Positions 9,033-19,083 are shown, counted from the stretch's first letter. The stretch: 64,000 nt of DNA from an uncultured Peptococcaceae bacterium (GCA_947647555.1 CANSKT010000001.1:31969-95968); one strand, 5' to 3'. Numbers and translations: made by a program. Notes: a model not told the origin generated them from the letters alone.

Positions 9033-10490
9033 CTATTCCGCCAGCAATTCCTTATAAATCCGGGCGTATTCTTTGGCGGAGCGCTGCCAGCTGAAATCCT
9101 GCTGCATGGCCTGCTCCATCAGCCCCTGCCAGATTTTCGGCTCCGTGTGATACAACTCCAACGCATTTTGCAGTGTGAAAAGCAGTTCATGCGCGTTATA
9201 ATTAGCAAAGCTGAAGCCCGTACCCTCGCCGGTAAAGCGGTTATACGGCAAAACGCTGTCTTTCAGACCGCCGGTTTCTCTAACCAGCGGCAGCGTGCCA
9301 TAACGCATGGCAATCATCTGCGCCAGACCGCACGGCTCAAAGCGCGAGGGCATCAGCAGCAAATCACCGCCGGCATAAAGATTATGCGCCAGATTATCGT
9401 CAAATTCACGCCGGAAAGCCACCTGCTGCGCAAAGTTTTCCGCAAACCAGCCAAAATCGTGCTCATAGCGTTCATCGCCCAGGCCCAGCACCGCCAGCTG
9501 CAAATCAGGTTGCGATTGCAGCAGTTCCTGCAAAATATGCAGCAGCAAATCCAAACCCTTTTGCTCCGTCAGCCGGCTCACCAGAACCAGCAGCGGCGCC
9601 GCCGGATCCTCCGGCAGATTAAGGCGCTTTTGCAATTCTGCCTTGCAAACCGCCTTGCCGCTCAAATCCTCAGCTGTAAAGTTTGCCGGCAAATTTTTAT
9701 CGTTCTCCGGATTGTAAACCTTATAATCAATACCGTTCAAAATGCCGCACAGCTGACTGCGCCGGCGGCGGAACACCGCGTCCAGACCCTCGCCGTAAGA
9801 GGGCGTGCAGACTTCATCAGCATAGGTTGGGCTAACCGTCAGCAGACGGTCGCTGTAACAAAGCGCGCCGCACATATAATTCAAATCATTATCATAAATC
9901 AGCTGAGAAAGCGCTGGGCCGCTGGTCAGTCCCAGCAAATCGCCCAGCAGATAGCCGCCAAACTGCCCCTGATATTTCAGGTTATGCACACTGAAAACCG
10001 TCTTTATCCGGGCATATTCTGGCGAGGCCATATACTGCTCACGCAGGAAAACCGGAGTCAGCGCGGTATGCCAGTCATTGCAGTGTACAATATCCGGCTG
10101 AAAATCTGGCAGATACTGGATACTCTCCAAAACCGCCTTGCCAAAGAAGGCCATGCGCTCCGCCTCATCGCCATAGCCATAAAGGCCGTCGCGCTTGAAA
10201 TAATATTCATTATCCAGAAAATAATAGGTTACATATTTATATTTCAGTTCCTCCACGCCGCAATATTGCCAGCGCCAGCCCACCGGCACCTTGAAATCGG
10301 CAATATGACGCAGTTTGGCCGCAAAACGCTCCGGCAGAGCCGCCGCCTTGGGTAAAATCAGACGCACGTCTGCATTTTCTTTCTTTCAGGCCGCAGGCAA
10401 ACTGCCGGCCACCTCTCCCAAACCGCCGGTTTTGAAAAACGGCGCGGCTTCAAAGGCGGCCATTAAAACCTGAACTTTCTTTTTTACCAT
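9033..10490 (-). pseudogene. glgA: Glycogen synthase interrupted by an in-frame TGA at codon 35 (10388..10386)
   Basis: The ATG at 10490 opens MVKKKVQVLMAAFEAAPFFKTGGLGEVAGSLPAA, then TGA. The same frame continues KKENADVRLILPK... into the 444-aa ORF 9033..10367. The total of 485 codons matches normal GlgA. The KTGGL motif lies upstream of the stop and the EPCGL motif downstream. Confidence 0.85.
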
Positions 10491-10517
10491 TTTTTGCTAT
10501 ACCTCTCCAAATTTATA

Positions 10518-11621
10518 TTAGATGTCGCTGTTTTTGGCAATAACCAGCGGCCGGGCTTCCGTGCCGGAAAGCTTGTTGCCGCTGCCAATCTTAACAAATT
10601 TATCACAGATAACATTTTCCAGCAGCGCCCCCGGCTGAATGACACATTTTGACATTATAACGCTGTTGCGCACCACAGCCCCCGGGCCAACATGCACGCC
10701 GCGGAACAAAATGCTGTTCTCCACCGTGCCTTCTATAACGCAGCCGGTTGGCACCAGAGAATTGTGCACCTCCGCCTGAGCGCTGTATTTGGCCGGCGGA
10801 TTATCCTCAATCTTGGTGCGGATTTTAGCGTCGCCGCCAAACAACTCCTGGCGAACCTCCAAACGCAGCAAGTCCTGTGAGCAGCGCATATAATCAGAAA
10901 TATTGTTTACCTGCCCCAGATAGCCCTCAAACGGATAGGCATGAATAGGCAGACTTTCCAGATTTTCGCTCATAATCTCCGTCATATCAATATGACTGAA
11001 ATTTTGATACCAGTCGATGAAATTCAGCAGCAGCTTGCGGTCAATCATGAAACAATCCATAAAGCAGTTGGCTTCACCAATCGTTTCTCTGGTCATACTC
11101 TTAACCATATCGCCCTCCAATTCCAGATAGAGAGCGTCTTTGGCGGTTGCTTCGTTCACCTTTTTATAAAGCATGGTGATGCCGCCGCCGGCCGCTTCAT
11201 GCGCCGCAAACATCGGGCGGAAATCCATATTAAACACTTTGGAACTGCCGCAGATTAAAATTGTATCCGACTTGGCGCGCTCCAAAAAGGGCATATTTTT
11301 AATAATATCACGCAGCATAAAACTGCAATGCGCTCCCTTGGGGCCATAAATGGAGCCGGGCAACAGAAACAGGCCGCCATGTTTGCGGTCTAATGACCAT
11401 TCCTTGCCTGCGCCGACATGGTCCAGAATAGAACGATATTGGTATGGCGTAACCACGCCAATCGTACGAATTCCAGAATTCATCATATTAGACAAGGCAA
11501 AATCCAACAGCCGATAACGGCCGCCAAAGGGCATGGAAGCCACCGAGCGCACCGCTGTCAGCTGCCCAAAGCTATCATCATTATAATTGCAGGAAATCAT
11601 TCCAAAAATTCTGCCGGCCAT
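10518..11621 (-). CDS. glgD: Glucose-1-phosphate adenylyltransferase regulatory subunit GlgD
   Basis: GlgC paralog lacking the GGxGxRL loop (SMPFGGRYRLLDFALSNMMNSG). The preferred start is the ATG at 11621 (MAGRIFG...), 8 nt after SD ggagg and 2 nt after the glgC stop. The track ORF starts at 11642. Confidence 0.85.
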   Translation of the reverse strand: MAGRIFGMISCNYNDDSFGQLTAVRSVASMPFGGRYRLLDFALSNMMNSGIRTIGVVTPYQYRSILDHVGAGKEWSLDRKHGGLFLLPGSIYGPKGAHCSFMLRDIIKNMPFLERAKSDTILICGSSKVFNMDFRPMFAAHEAAGGGITMLYKKVNEATAKDALYLELEGDMVKSMTRETIGEANCFMDCFMIDRKLLLNFIDWYQNFSHIDMTEIMSENLESLPIHAYPFEGYLGQVNNISDYMRCSQDLLRLEVRQELFGGDAKIRTKIEDNPPAKYSAQAEVHNSLVPTGCVIEGTVENSILFRGVHVGPGAVVRNSVIMSKCVIQPGALLENVICDKFVKIGSGNKLSGTEARPLVIAKNSDI

Positions 11622-11623
11622 GC

Positions 11624-12784
11624 TTAATACCTCCCAGACCACAAATCATCAGCAACATGTTCATTATCGCCCACCACGGCAATCGGCTGTTCTTTATCCT
11701 GACTGCCAAAATAGGCGTTAACCTCAACCACAGCCCGCTCGCCCACAATAGCGCGCATCACTCTGGCGCCACTCTCCACCCGGGCGCCCGGCAAGAGAAT
11801 GGAGTCCTCCACTTTAGCGCCGGGGCCGACATAAGCCTCTGTGCTTAAAATAGAGTTACGCACCTCGCCCAGCACCGTGCAGCCATTGCAGACCAGAGAA
11901 TTTTGTACAACCGCCTGTTCGCCCACATAATGCGGCGGAAAAATATTAGCATTGCTGTAAATATTAGCGTTATTGGAAAAAATATCAAATTCAGAATTTT
12001 CATCAAGCAGCGCCATATTGGCCTCATAATAACTGTCAATCGTGCCAACGTCACGCCAATAGCCGCTGAAAGCATAGGCAAAAAGCCGCCGGCGCTGCGC
12101 CAGCAGCATGGGAATAACATTTTTACCAAAATCATGCTCGGACTCCTCATTAGCCGCATCAGCCTGCAAGGCTGAACGCAGAACCGGCCAGTCAAATATG
12201 TAGATACCCATAGAAGCCAGCGTACTATCCGGCTGAGCCGGTTTTTCTGAAAATTTAACAATGCGCCCGGTCGGGTCGGCCGTGATGATACCAAAACGGC
12301 TGGCCTCCTCCAGAGGCACCTCAATCACAGAAACCGTCAACTCCGCCTGGTTCTGCTTGTGAAATTCCAGCATACGGTTATAATCCATGGTATACAGGTG
12401 GTCACCAGAGATAATCAAAACATATTCCGGGTTATAGCTGTCAATAAAATCAATGTTTTTCAGCACAGAATCCGCAGTGCCGCTATACCAGGCGCCGCCC
12501 TCCTGCGTGGCATACGGCGGCAGAACAAAAACGCCGCCCTCCTGCTCATCTAAATCCCAGGGCGCCCCCGTGCCCAGATAAGAGTTCAACATCAGCGGTC
12601 GATATTGAATAAGCACGCCGACTGTGTCAATGTTGGAATTAACACAGTTGCTTAAACTAAAATCAATAATCCGGTATTTGCCGCCAAAGGCCACGGCCGG
12701 CTTGGCAATTTTGCTGGTAAGCGCACCCAGACGGCTGCCCTGGCCGCCAGCCAACAGCATGGCAATACATTCTTTTTTGCGCAT
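11624..12784 (-). CDS. glgC: Glucose-1-phosphate adenylyltransferase
   Basis: 386 aa with [41 protein letters not shown], the canonical ADP-glucose pyrophosphorylase N-terminus. Confidence 0.9.
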   Translation of the reverse strand: MRKKECIAMLLAGGQGSRLGALTSKIAKPAVAFGGKYRIIDFSLSNCVNSNIDTVGVLIQYRPLMLNSYLGTGAPWDLDEQEGGVFVLPPYATQEGGAWYSGTADSVLKNIDFIDSYNPEYVLIISGDHLYTMDYNRMLEFHKQNQAELTVSVIEVPLEEASRFGIITADPTGRIVKFSEKPAQPDSTLASMGIYIFDWPVLRSALQADAANEESEHDFGKNVIPMLLAQRRRLFAYAFSGYWRDVGTIDSYYEANMALLDENSEFDIFSNNANIYSNANIFPPHYVGEQAVVQNSLVCNGCTVLGEVRNSILSTEAYVGPGAKVEDSILLPGARVESGARVMRAIVGERAVVEVNAYFGSQDKEQPIAVVGDNEHVADDLWSGRY

Positions 12785-12884
12785 ATGTTTAACCTCCGCT
12801 CTTGTTTTGTCATACTTTATTTTTTATTTTAACCGTACTTTTATATCAGCCCTTTCGGGCGGCTAATATTTTAATCAGCCGCCA

Positions 12885-15296
12885 TTAAAGATGCCAGATA
12901 TCTTTAACATATTCCGCAATCGTGCGGTCACTGCTGAAATAACCGGCCTTGGCAATGTTGCGCAGTGAAACCTGCCGCCAGGCTCGCTCATCTTTATAAA
13001 GTTCTGAAAGACTGTTCCAGGCCGTTACATAGGAGTCAAAATCTTTCAGTACAAAATATTCATCATTATTACGCAGCAAGGGGTCATAAATGCCCCAGAA
13101 ATCGCCGCCCACGCCGGCAAAATGACCGTTGGTAAGCTGCTCGGTAATCCTTTGCAGACGCAAATCATTCTTACAATGCGTAAAGGCCAGATAACTGCCG
13201 TCCAGATAATAATTCATAACCTGCTCCGCCGTCAGACCAAAAATGCAGATATTATCCCGGCCAACCTGCTCCAGAATTTCAATGTTTGCGCCGTCCAGCG
13301 TGCCCAGAGTTACCGCGCCGTTAAACATAAACTTCATGTTGCCGGTGCCGCTGGCCTCTTTGCCGGCCGTGGAAATCTGCTCGCTGATATCGGCCGCCGG
13401 ATAAATCTGCTGCGCCTTATAAACCGTAAAGTTCTCCACAAACACCACTTTAATCTTGCCCTGGCAAATCGGGTCTTTATTAACCAACTCCGCCACGCTG
13501 CAAATCAGGCGAATAACCTCTTTGGCAAACACATAGCCGGCCGCCGCCTTGCCCGAGAAAATAAAGGTATACGGTACCATTTCCATATTGGGATTGTCAT
13601 GCAACTGATTATACAAATCCATAATCTTAAACACATTCAACAGCTGCCGTTTATAGGCATGAATACGTTTAACGTGAACATCATAAACCGATTCCGGGTC
13701 AATCACAATGCCGTTTTCCTGCTTGATAAAATCAGCCAGATGCTGCTTGTTAGCCAGCTTAACCGCCGCCAGTTTGTCCAGAAAAGCGTCGTCATTTTCA
13801 TAACGCAACAGATTTTGCAGCAGGCTGGGTTTAACACGCCATTCATCGCCAATAGCCTCGTCAATCAATCTGGTCAGGCGCGGATTGGCCTCCATCAAGA
13901 AACGCCGGTGCGTAACGCCGTTAGTTTTATTATTAAAACGCTCCGGGTAAAGCTTATAAAAATCTTTCATTACATCGTTTTTCAAAATTTCCGTATGCAG
14001 CGCCGCCACACCATTAACCGAATAACTGCCGATAACGGAAAGATTGGCCATACGCACACGGTCGTCCCAGAGGATAGCCGTGGAGCGCAGATGATCCTGC
14101 CAGCCCGGCCATTGCAGGCTCTCGCGGAAACGACGGTCAATTTCTTCTATAATCATATAAATACGCGGCAACAGACGGCGCATCAAATCAATCGACCAGG
14201 TTTCCAGCGCCTCCGGCAGAACGGTATGATTGGTATATGAAATAGTGTGCGTGGTAATATCCCAGGCTTCGTCCCAGCCCAGACCGATATCGTCCATCAA
14301 AACGCGCATTAATTCCGGCACGCAGAGCGCCGGGTGTGTATCATTAATATGGATAGCCACACGCCGGGGCAAATCCTGCCAGGCGTTATTGCCATAACGC
14401 TCGCGATAGCGACGGATAATACTGCCAATACCGGCCGCCGAAAGGAAATATTCCTGATTTAAGCGCAAAGCCTTGCCGGCTTCTGTGCTGTCCTCCGGAT
14501 AAAGCACCGCCGTCAGCGCATTAATCTCATTGCGGTCACGCATGGCAGCGCTGTAATCACCACGGTTAAAAGCCGCCAAATCAAAATTTTCCACCAGCGG
14601 CTTGGCATGCCACAAACGCAGTTTATTAACCGTTTTGCCCTCCCAGCCCACAATCGGAATATCATAGGGAATGGCCGCCACGGCCTTATAACCATGATGC
14701 GTAAAGGTCAGCTTGCCGTCCTGATAATGGCGCTCAATCACGCCGCCCAGACGCACCTCCACCATATCGTCCTCATTATGCAGCTCCCAGGGATAAGGCT
14801 TATCCAGCCAGGCGTCCGGCAGTTCTTCCTGCTGGCCGTTAACAATTTTCTGACGGAACAGACCGTAATCATAACGCAAACCCATGCCATAGCCGGCATA
14901 GCCCAGACTGGCCAGAGAATCCATAAAGCAGGCCGCCAGACGCCCCAGACCGCCATTGCCCAGACCCGGCGCCACGCACTGGTCGCACAGATAATCCAAA
15001 TCCTCACCCATCTGCTCCAGACCGTCACGCACCAAATCTTCAATACCCAAATTAATCAAATAACTTTTCAGCAAACGGCCAATCAAAAATTCCATGGAAA
15101 AATAGTAAACGCGCTTGGAATTGCTGGCCAGCTGACGCTGCTGCGTCAGAACAGACTGATGCGCCGCCTTGTTGCAAATCAGCTTGGCCAAAGCCGCATA
15201 CTTCTGCCAGGCGTCACAGGTTTCAAAAGCCTCGCCCACAGAACGCAAGAACTCGCCCCGATACTCTTTAATAAATTCCTCGGTGTTCTTAAACAT
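12885..15296 (-). CDS. glgP: Glycogen/maltodextrin phosphorylase
   Basis: 803 aa with GNGGLGRLAACFMDS and the PLP-lysine motif EASGTGNMKFMFNGA. Confidence 0.92.
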   Translation of the reverse strand: MFKNTEEFIKEYRGEFLRSVGEAFETCDAWQKYAALAKLICNKAAHQSVLTQQRQLASNSKRVYYFSMEFLIGRLLKSYLINLGIEDLVRDGLEQMGEDLDYLCDQCVAPGLGNGGLGRLAACFMDSLASLGYAGYGMGLRYDYGLFRQKIVNGQQEELPDAWLDKPYPWELHNEDDMVEVRLGGVIERHYQDGKLTFTHHGYKAVAAIPYDIPIVGWEGKTVNKLRLWHAKPLVENFDLAAFNRGDYSAAMRDRNEINALTAVLYPEDSTEAGKALRLNQEYFLSAAGIGSIIRRYRERYGNNAWQDLPRRVAIHINDTHPALCVPELMRVLMDDIGLGWDEAWDITTHTISYTNHTVLPEALETWSIDLMRRLLPRIYMIIEEIDRRFRESLQWPGWQDHLRSTAILWDDRVRMANLSVIGSYSVNGVAALHTEILKNDVMKDFYKLYPERFNNKTNGVTHRRFLMEANPRLTRLIDEAIGDEWRVKPSLLQNLLRYENDDAFLDKLAAVKLANKQHLADFIKQENGIVIDPESVYDVHVKRIHAYKRQLLNVFKIMDLYNQLHDNPNMEMVPYTFIFSGKAAAGYVFAKEVIRLICSVAELVNKDPICQGKIKVVFVENFTVYKAQQIYPAADISEQISTAGKEASGTGNMKFMFNGAVTLGTLDGANIEILEQVGRDNICIFGLTAEQVMNYYLDGSYLAFTHCKNDLRLQRITEQLTNGHFAGVGGDFWGIYDPLLRNNDEYFVLKDFDSYVTAWNSLSELYKDERAWRQVSLRNIAKAGYFSSDRTIAEYVKDIWHL

Positions 15297-15418
15297 CTTT
15301 TCTATTACCTCCTAATTTAATCACAGCTATTTTTTTTGAGAAAATACCTTTTAAGTTATGTGCTCATTGTATTTTTATAATATTATTCGTTTTATCGCTG
15401 ATTTTATTTGCGGCATTA

Positions 15419-17326
15419 TTATTTAACCGGTTTAATAATCAGACCCCCCAGCGGCGGCACGCGTAATGTCAGCGTATAAGGCTGGCCGTGCATATGTTGC
15501 TTTTCTGCCGTTAAACGCCCCGGGTTTAGCTTGCCGCTGCCGCCAAACTCCGCCGCATCGCTGTTAAATATTTCCAGATAATCGCCGGCAAACGGCACGC
15601 CAACCTGATATTCTTGATAACTGTCCGGCAGAAAATTGAGCAATACCAGCACAAAATCACTGCGCTGTGCGCGCTCCGGCGCTTTGGCGCTGCGCAGGAA
15701 AAGCAAAACCGATTGTTCCGCATTATCCGCCTCCAGCCATTTAAAGCCGTCCCAGTTATAATTCTGCCGCCAAAGCGCGTTCTCCTGCAAATAAAGCTTG
15801 TTCAGCTGCGCCACAAAATGTTTATATTGCGCATGTTTTTCATAATCCAGCAAAAACCATTCCAGCTGCTCCGCAAAACGCCATTCAATAAACTGCGCCA
15901 TCTCATTGCCCATAAAATTCAGTTTGGCGCCGCTGTGCGTCATCTGATAGAGATACAACAGGCGCAGATTGGCAAACTGCCGCCAATAATCGCCCGGCAT
16001 GCGGCCAATCAAAGAACGCTTGCCATGCACAACCTCATCATGAGAAAGCGGCAACACAAAGTTTTCATTAAAAGCATACATCATGGAGAAAGTCAGCAAA
16101 CGGTGATTATAAAAACGGCCGGGAAAATCCAAAGACATATACTTCAACGTATCATTCATCCAGCCCATATCCCATTTATAATGGAAGCCCAAACCACCTT
16201 CCGCCGGCGGATAAGTAACCAACGGCCAGGCGGTGCTTTCCTCCGCAATCATAAAAACATCGGGGAAGAAGCTGGCCAGCGTCTGGTTAAGCTGCTGCAA
16301 AAAGGCCACCGCCGCCAAATCTTCCTCGCCGCCCTGCTCGTTAAAGCGTTTCAGGTTGGGCGAGTCCACGCCATAATTCAGATAAAGCATGCTGCTGATA
16401 CCGTCGCAGCGGATACCGTCGGCATGATAAATATCCAGCCAGAACATGGCGCTGCTGATTAAGAAACTGCGCACTTCATTAAGACGATAATTAAATTTAT
16501 AAGTACCCCATTCAATATGTTCCTCTGTTTCATAAAGGTTTGAGCCGTCAAACTGCACCAGACCATGCTCGTCACGGCAGAAATGACCCGGCACCCAGTC
16601 CAAAATCACGCCGATACCGGCCTGATGCAGACTATCCACCAGAAACATAAAATCCTGCGGGCTGCCATAACGGCTCGTCGGCGCAAAATAACCGGTGGTC
16701 TGATAGCCCCAGGAGCCGTCAAAGGGGTGTTCCATAACCGGCATAAATTCCACATGCGTAAAGCCCATATCCACCAAATACTGGGGCAATTCCGCCGCCA
16801 GCTCCCGATAAGAGAGAAAACCCTCCGGATTATCCGGCGTACTCTCCTTGCGCCGCCAGCTGCCCAAATGCATTTCATAAATATTCAGCGGCTTTTCAAA
16901 GTGGCTGCCGCGGCCGCGCTTATGCAGCCATTCCGTATCATGCCAGTCATAAGCCAAACCGGCAATCCGGGAAGCCGTGCCGGGGCGTTTTTCCGCCATA
17001 AAGGCAAAGGGGTCCGCCTTATACATAATACGGCCGCGCCTGGTCAAAATCCGGTATTTATACAAATCGCCCGGTTTGGCCTGCGTGGTAAAAATCTGCC
17101 AGAAGCCGCCCGGCAACTGGGTAAGCTCATAGCCCTCGCCCTGCCAGCCGTTAAAATCCCCCACCAGCCAGACATGGCTGGCATTGGGCGCCCAAACGAC
17201 AAAACCCACGCCCGTTTGGCCGTCTACCTCCATAATATGCGCACCAAGTTTATTATAAGCATGATAATAGGTGCCTTGATTATACAAAAAGGCCTCCGCT
17301 TCTGCTATCAGTCTGCGATTAGTCAT
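15419..17326 (-). CDS. glgB: 1,4-alpha-glucan branching enzyme
   Basis: GH13 branching-enzyme motifs DWVPGHF, GIRCDGISSMLY and IAEESTAW. The preferred start is the ATG at 17326 (MTNRRLI...), 7 nt after SD aaaggag. The track ORF extends to 17365. Confidence 0.9.
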   Translation of the reverse strand: MTNRRLIAEAEAFLYNQGTYYHAYNKLGAHIMEVDGQTGVGFVVWAPNASHVWLVGDFNGWQGEGYELTQLPGGFWQIFTTQAKPGDLYKYRILTRRGRIMYKADPFAFMAEKRPGTASRIAGLAYDWHDTEWLHKRGRGSHFEKPLNIYEMHLGSWRRKESTPDNPEGFLSYRELAAELPQYLVDMGFTHVEFMPVMEHPFDGSWGYQTTGYFAPTSRYGSPQDFMFLVDSLHQAGIGVILDWVPGHFCRDEHGLVQFDGSNLYETEEHIEWGTYKFNYRLNEVRSFLISSAMFWLDIYHADGIRCDGISSMLYLNYGVDSPNLKRFNEQGGEEDLAAVAFLQQLNQTLASFFPDVFMIAEESTAWPLVTYPPAEGGLGFHYKWDMGWMNDTLKYMSLDFPGRFYNHRLLTFSMMYAFNENFVLPLSHDEVVHGKRSLIGRMPGDYWRQFANLRLLYLYQMTHSGAKLNFMGNEMAQFIEWRFAEQLEWFLLDYEKHAQYKHFVAQLNKLYLQENALWRQNYNWDGFKWLEADNAEQSVLLFLRSAKAPERAQRSDFVLVLLNFLPDSYQEYQVGVPFAGDYLEIFNSDAAEFGGSGKLNPGRLTAEKQHMHGQPYTLTLRVPPLGGLIIKPVK

Positions 17327-17351
17327 AAGCCTGCTCCTTTCTAAAAGTAAA

Positions 17352-17381
17352 GCCACGCCAAACAATCAACCAAGGCGTGGC
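17352..17381 (-). promoter_or_regulatory. Terminator-like hairpin in the glgB leader (possible attenuator)
   Basis: On the minus strand, GCCACGCC-N14-GGCGTGGC (8-bp stem) is followed by TTTACTTTT and ends about 25 nt upstream of the glgB ATG. Confidence 0.3.
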
Positions 17382-17546
17382 CGGCAGCACCTTAGGCTTG
17401 CCTACTTTATTTATTAAATTTTTATAATATTAATTATCGTTCTTTTATCTTAATTTTATTATATCACAATTCAAATGACGCTACAATGATTTTTTGGTAA
17501 AATAAGCCGAAAAAAACTTATCATTTTTTCTAAAGTGTACATACCC

Positions 17547-17587
17547 AAAAAAACAAGCCCACACATTTACGCGCCGGCTTGCTTTTT
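17547..17587. repeat. Left copy of a ~40-nt A-run/hairpin/T-run element flanking the ECF sigma operon
   Basis: aaaaaaacaagcccacacatttacgcgccggcttgcttttt. It shares a 14-nt identical core, caagcccacacatt, and overall layout with 19045..19083. Confidence 0.6.
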
Positions 17588-17628
17588 GAGTTAAAAAACT
17601 CCTAAATTTATTTATATCGTCGTAAGTT

Positions 17629-18477
17629 TCAATCCACAACTATTGGAAATTCCGGCATACCAGCCGCTCCGGCGGCGATTGCATACTTGGGGAAAGTTAC
17701 AACCGGCGTGCCGTCGGCGCTGATATAAAAAGCAGTGTTCTCATCAACGCTGACAAAACCGCCCTCCTCGGCCGCAAAGAACATTGAAAAGCCCTGTTCA
17801 TCAACACTGGCCGCAATCTCACGCTGGATTACATCATTACAAATCTGCACCCAGTCGTCGCCCAGCAACATCTGCAAAGTGATATTCTGATTTTGCGCCA
17901 AATCCAGATTATAATAATAGCGTTCCTCATGCGCCGCCACCCAACCTTCGGCCAGCGATACAACAAAGGACACGCTGGTATCCGTCTGGCTCTTAATTTC
18001 ATAATCCACTACCACATTCATTTCCCGGTCAGCCCATTCCTCCTCGGTGCCGCCAGTGGCAAAAAAAGCCTCCCGATAATCCTGCCAATCCTGAACCGCC
18101 CGTGCCAGATGCGCGTCTACCTGTTCCTGAATAGCCGCATTAACCTGCTGGGCCAAAGCGCCCTCCGCCTTTACCTCCGGCACGCTCACCTGATAATCAA
18201 TGCCGTCCTCCTGCTTTTGAAAATCACGCACAGTCAGAATTTGGAACAATCCGCTTAAAATCGGAATATCCGCCGCAATCGCCGCCGCCGTTGGTGAAAG
18301 ATTTAACACGCCAAAGGTTAAGGCCAAACAGGCCGCCGCGGCCGCAAAACCCTGCTTTAAACGCTTCTGCCAATAATTCTTTTTGCCCTGCTGAATAGAG
18401 GTCTGCACAATATTTGCCAACTCCTCCGGAATGGGAACGGCTTCATATTCCGCTCTGGCTTTTTTTAATTCATTCAT
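17629..18477 (-). CDS. Anti-sigma factor, RsiV-like (single TM + DUF4163/DUF3298-type extracytoplasmic domain)
   Basis: 282 aa. Short cytoplasmic N-terminus, TM segment GFAAAAACLALTFGVLNL, and an extracellular domain ending FVSVDENTAFYISADGTPVVTFPKYAIAAGAAGMPEFPI. The start overlaps the sigma-gene stop by 1 nt (TAATG). Confidence 0.65.
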   Translation of the reverse strand: MNELKKARAEYEAVPIPEELANIVQTSIQQGKKNYWQKRLKQGFAAAAACLALTFGVLNLSPTAAAIAADIPILSGLFQILTVRDFQKQEDGIDYQVSVPEVKAEGALAQQVNAAIQEQVDAHLARAVQDWQDYREAFFATGGTEEEWADREMNVVVDYEIKSQTDTSVSFVVSLAEGWVAAHEERYYYNLDLAQNQNITLQMLLGDDWVQICNDVIQREIAASVDEQGFSMFFAAEEGGFVSVDENTAFYISADGTPVVTFPKYAIAAGAAGMPEFPIVVD

Positions 18478-18962
18478 TATATAATCTCTCCTTCCATTGA
18501 AATACGCAGCTTTTTCAAAGCGCTGTATAGCCGGGTTTTTACCGTGTTTAAGTTTACATTGGTAATCTCGCTGATTTCTTTCAGGCTCAAATCCTCAAAA
18601 AAACGCAACTTTATAATGGTCTGTTCCTCCAGGGACAACGCATTGATACGGTTTATCAGCGTTTCGTCCGCCGGCAAAGGGTCCTCATAACTGCCGGCTG
18701 TTAAATCCTCTGGCGCAACGGTAATCACACGCTTTTTTTGCCGCAGCATATCCAGACAGATATTGATTAAAATGCGGTTAAACCAACTGCGCATCATTTC
18801 CGCACTGCGCAGGCTGCCGCGCCCCTCCAAAGCCCGGCAGACAGCCGTCTGCACAGCGTCCAACGCTTCTTCCCGGTTCTGCAAATAGCTGTATGCCAGC
18901 CGATAAAACCGCGCCTGATTTTCAATCAGATAGTTCTCCAGCTGTGTCACAACAAATGCCAC
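18477..18962 (-). CDS. ECF-type RNA polymerase sigma factor
   Basis: Region 2 (FYRLAYSYLQNREEALDAVQTAVCRAL...WFNRILINICLDMLR) and region 4 (IIKLRFFEDLSLKEISEITNVNLNTVKTRLYSALKKL) are present. The preferred start is the GTG at 18962, 6 nt after SD aaaggagg. The track ORF starts at 18980. Confidence 0.8.
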   Translation of the reverse strand: MAFVVTQLENYLIENQARFYRLAYSYLQNREEALDAVQTAVCRALEGRGSLRSAEMMRSWFNRILINICLDMLRQKKRVITVAPEDLTAGSYEDPLPADETLINRINALSLEEQTIIKLRFFEDLSLKEISEITNVNLNTVKTRLYSALKKLRISMEGEII

Positions 18963-18994
18963 CCCCAAACCTCCTTTCATGTCGTTCTACTTTA

Positions 18995-19023
18995 TAGACG
19001 AACCAGACAGGCAAAAAGTTTGC
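18995..19023 (-). promoter_or_regulatory. Candidate autoregulated ECF promoter
   Basis: On the minus strand: GCAAAC (19023..19018), 17 nt, CGTCTA (19000..18995). This is the AAC-N17-CGTC layout common to ECF-dependent promoters. Confidence 0.35.
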
Positions 19024-19044
19024 TTAATTTTAAATTAATTATAT

Positions 19045-19083
19045 AAAAAAAGCAAGCCCACACATTATGGCGCAGGCTTTTTT
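19045..19083. repeat. Right copy of the ~40-nt element flanking the ECF sigma operon
   Basis: aaaaaaagcaagcccacacattatggcgcaggctttttt. Same orientation and core as 17547..17587. It lies in the divergent sigma/serC intergenic region. Confidence 0.6.

Noticed and set aside
8778-10355. A 525-aa plus-strand ORF, together with the similar long ORFs 8059..8940 (+), 3033..3998 (+), 14607..15320 (+), 13122..14240 (+), 16565..17344 (+), 19576..20316 (-), 20262..21245 (-), 37580..38362 (+) and 62987..63586 (+).
   Set aside because: Each lies antisense to a gene with unmistakable conserved motifs (glgA, malQ-fusion, glgP, glgB, serC, serA, atpA, serS). Their translations are low-complexity and R/Q/H/I/L-rich with no motifs. 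They are shadow ORFs produced by codon bias on the opposite strand.
10386-10388. The possibility that the in-frame TGA in glgA reflects an alternative genetic code (TGA = Trp/Gly) or selenocysteine.
   Set aside because: TGA is used as the terminator of other well-defined genes in this window, such as the MATE gene at 1386..1388 and the LexA-like gene at 1637..1639. The aligned position in GlgA is normally Leu, not Cys/Sec. No SECIS-like hairpin is apparent immediately downstream.
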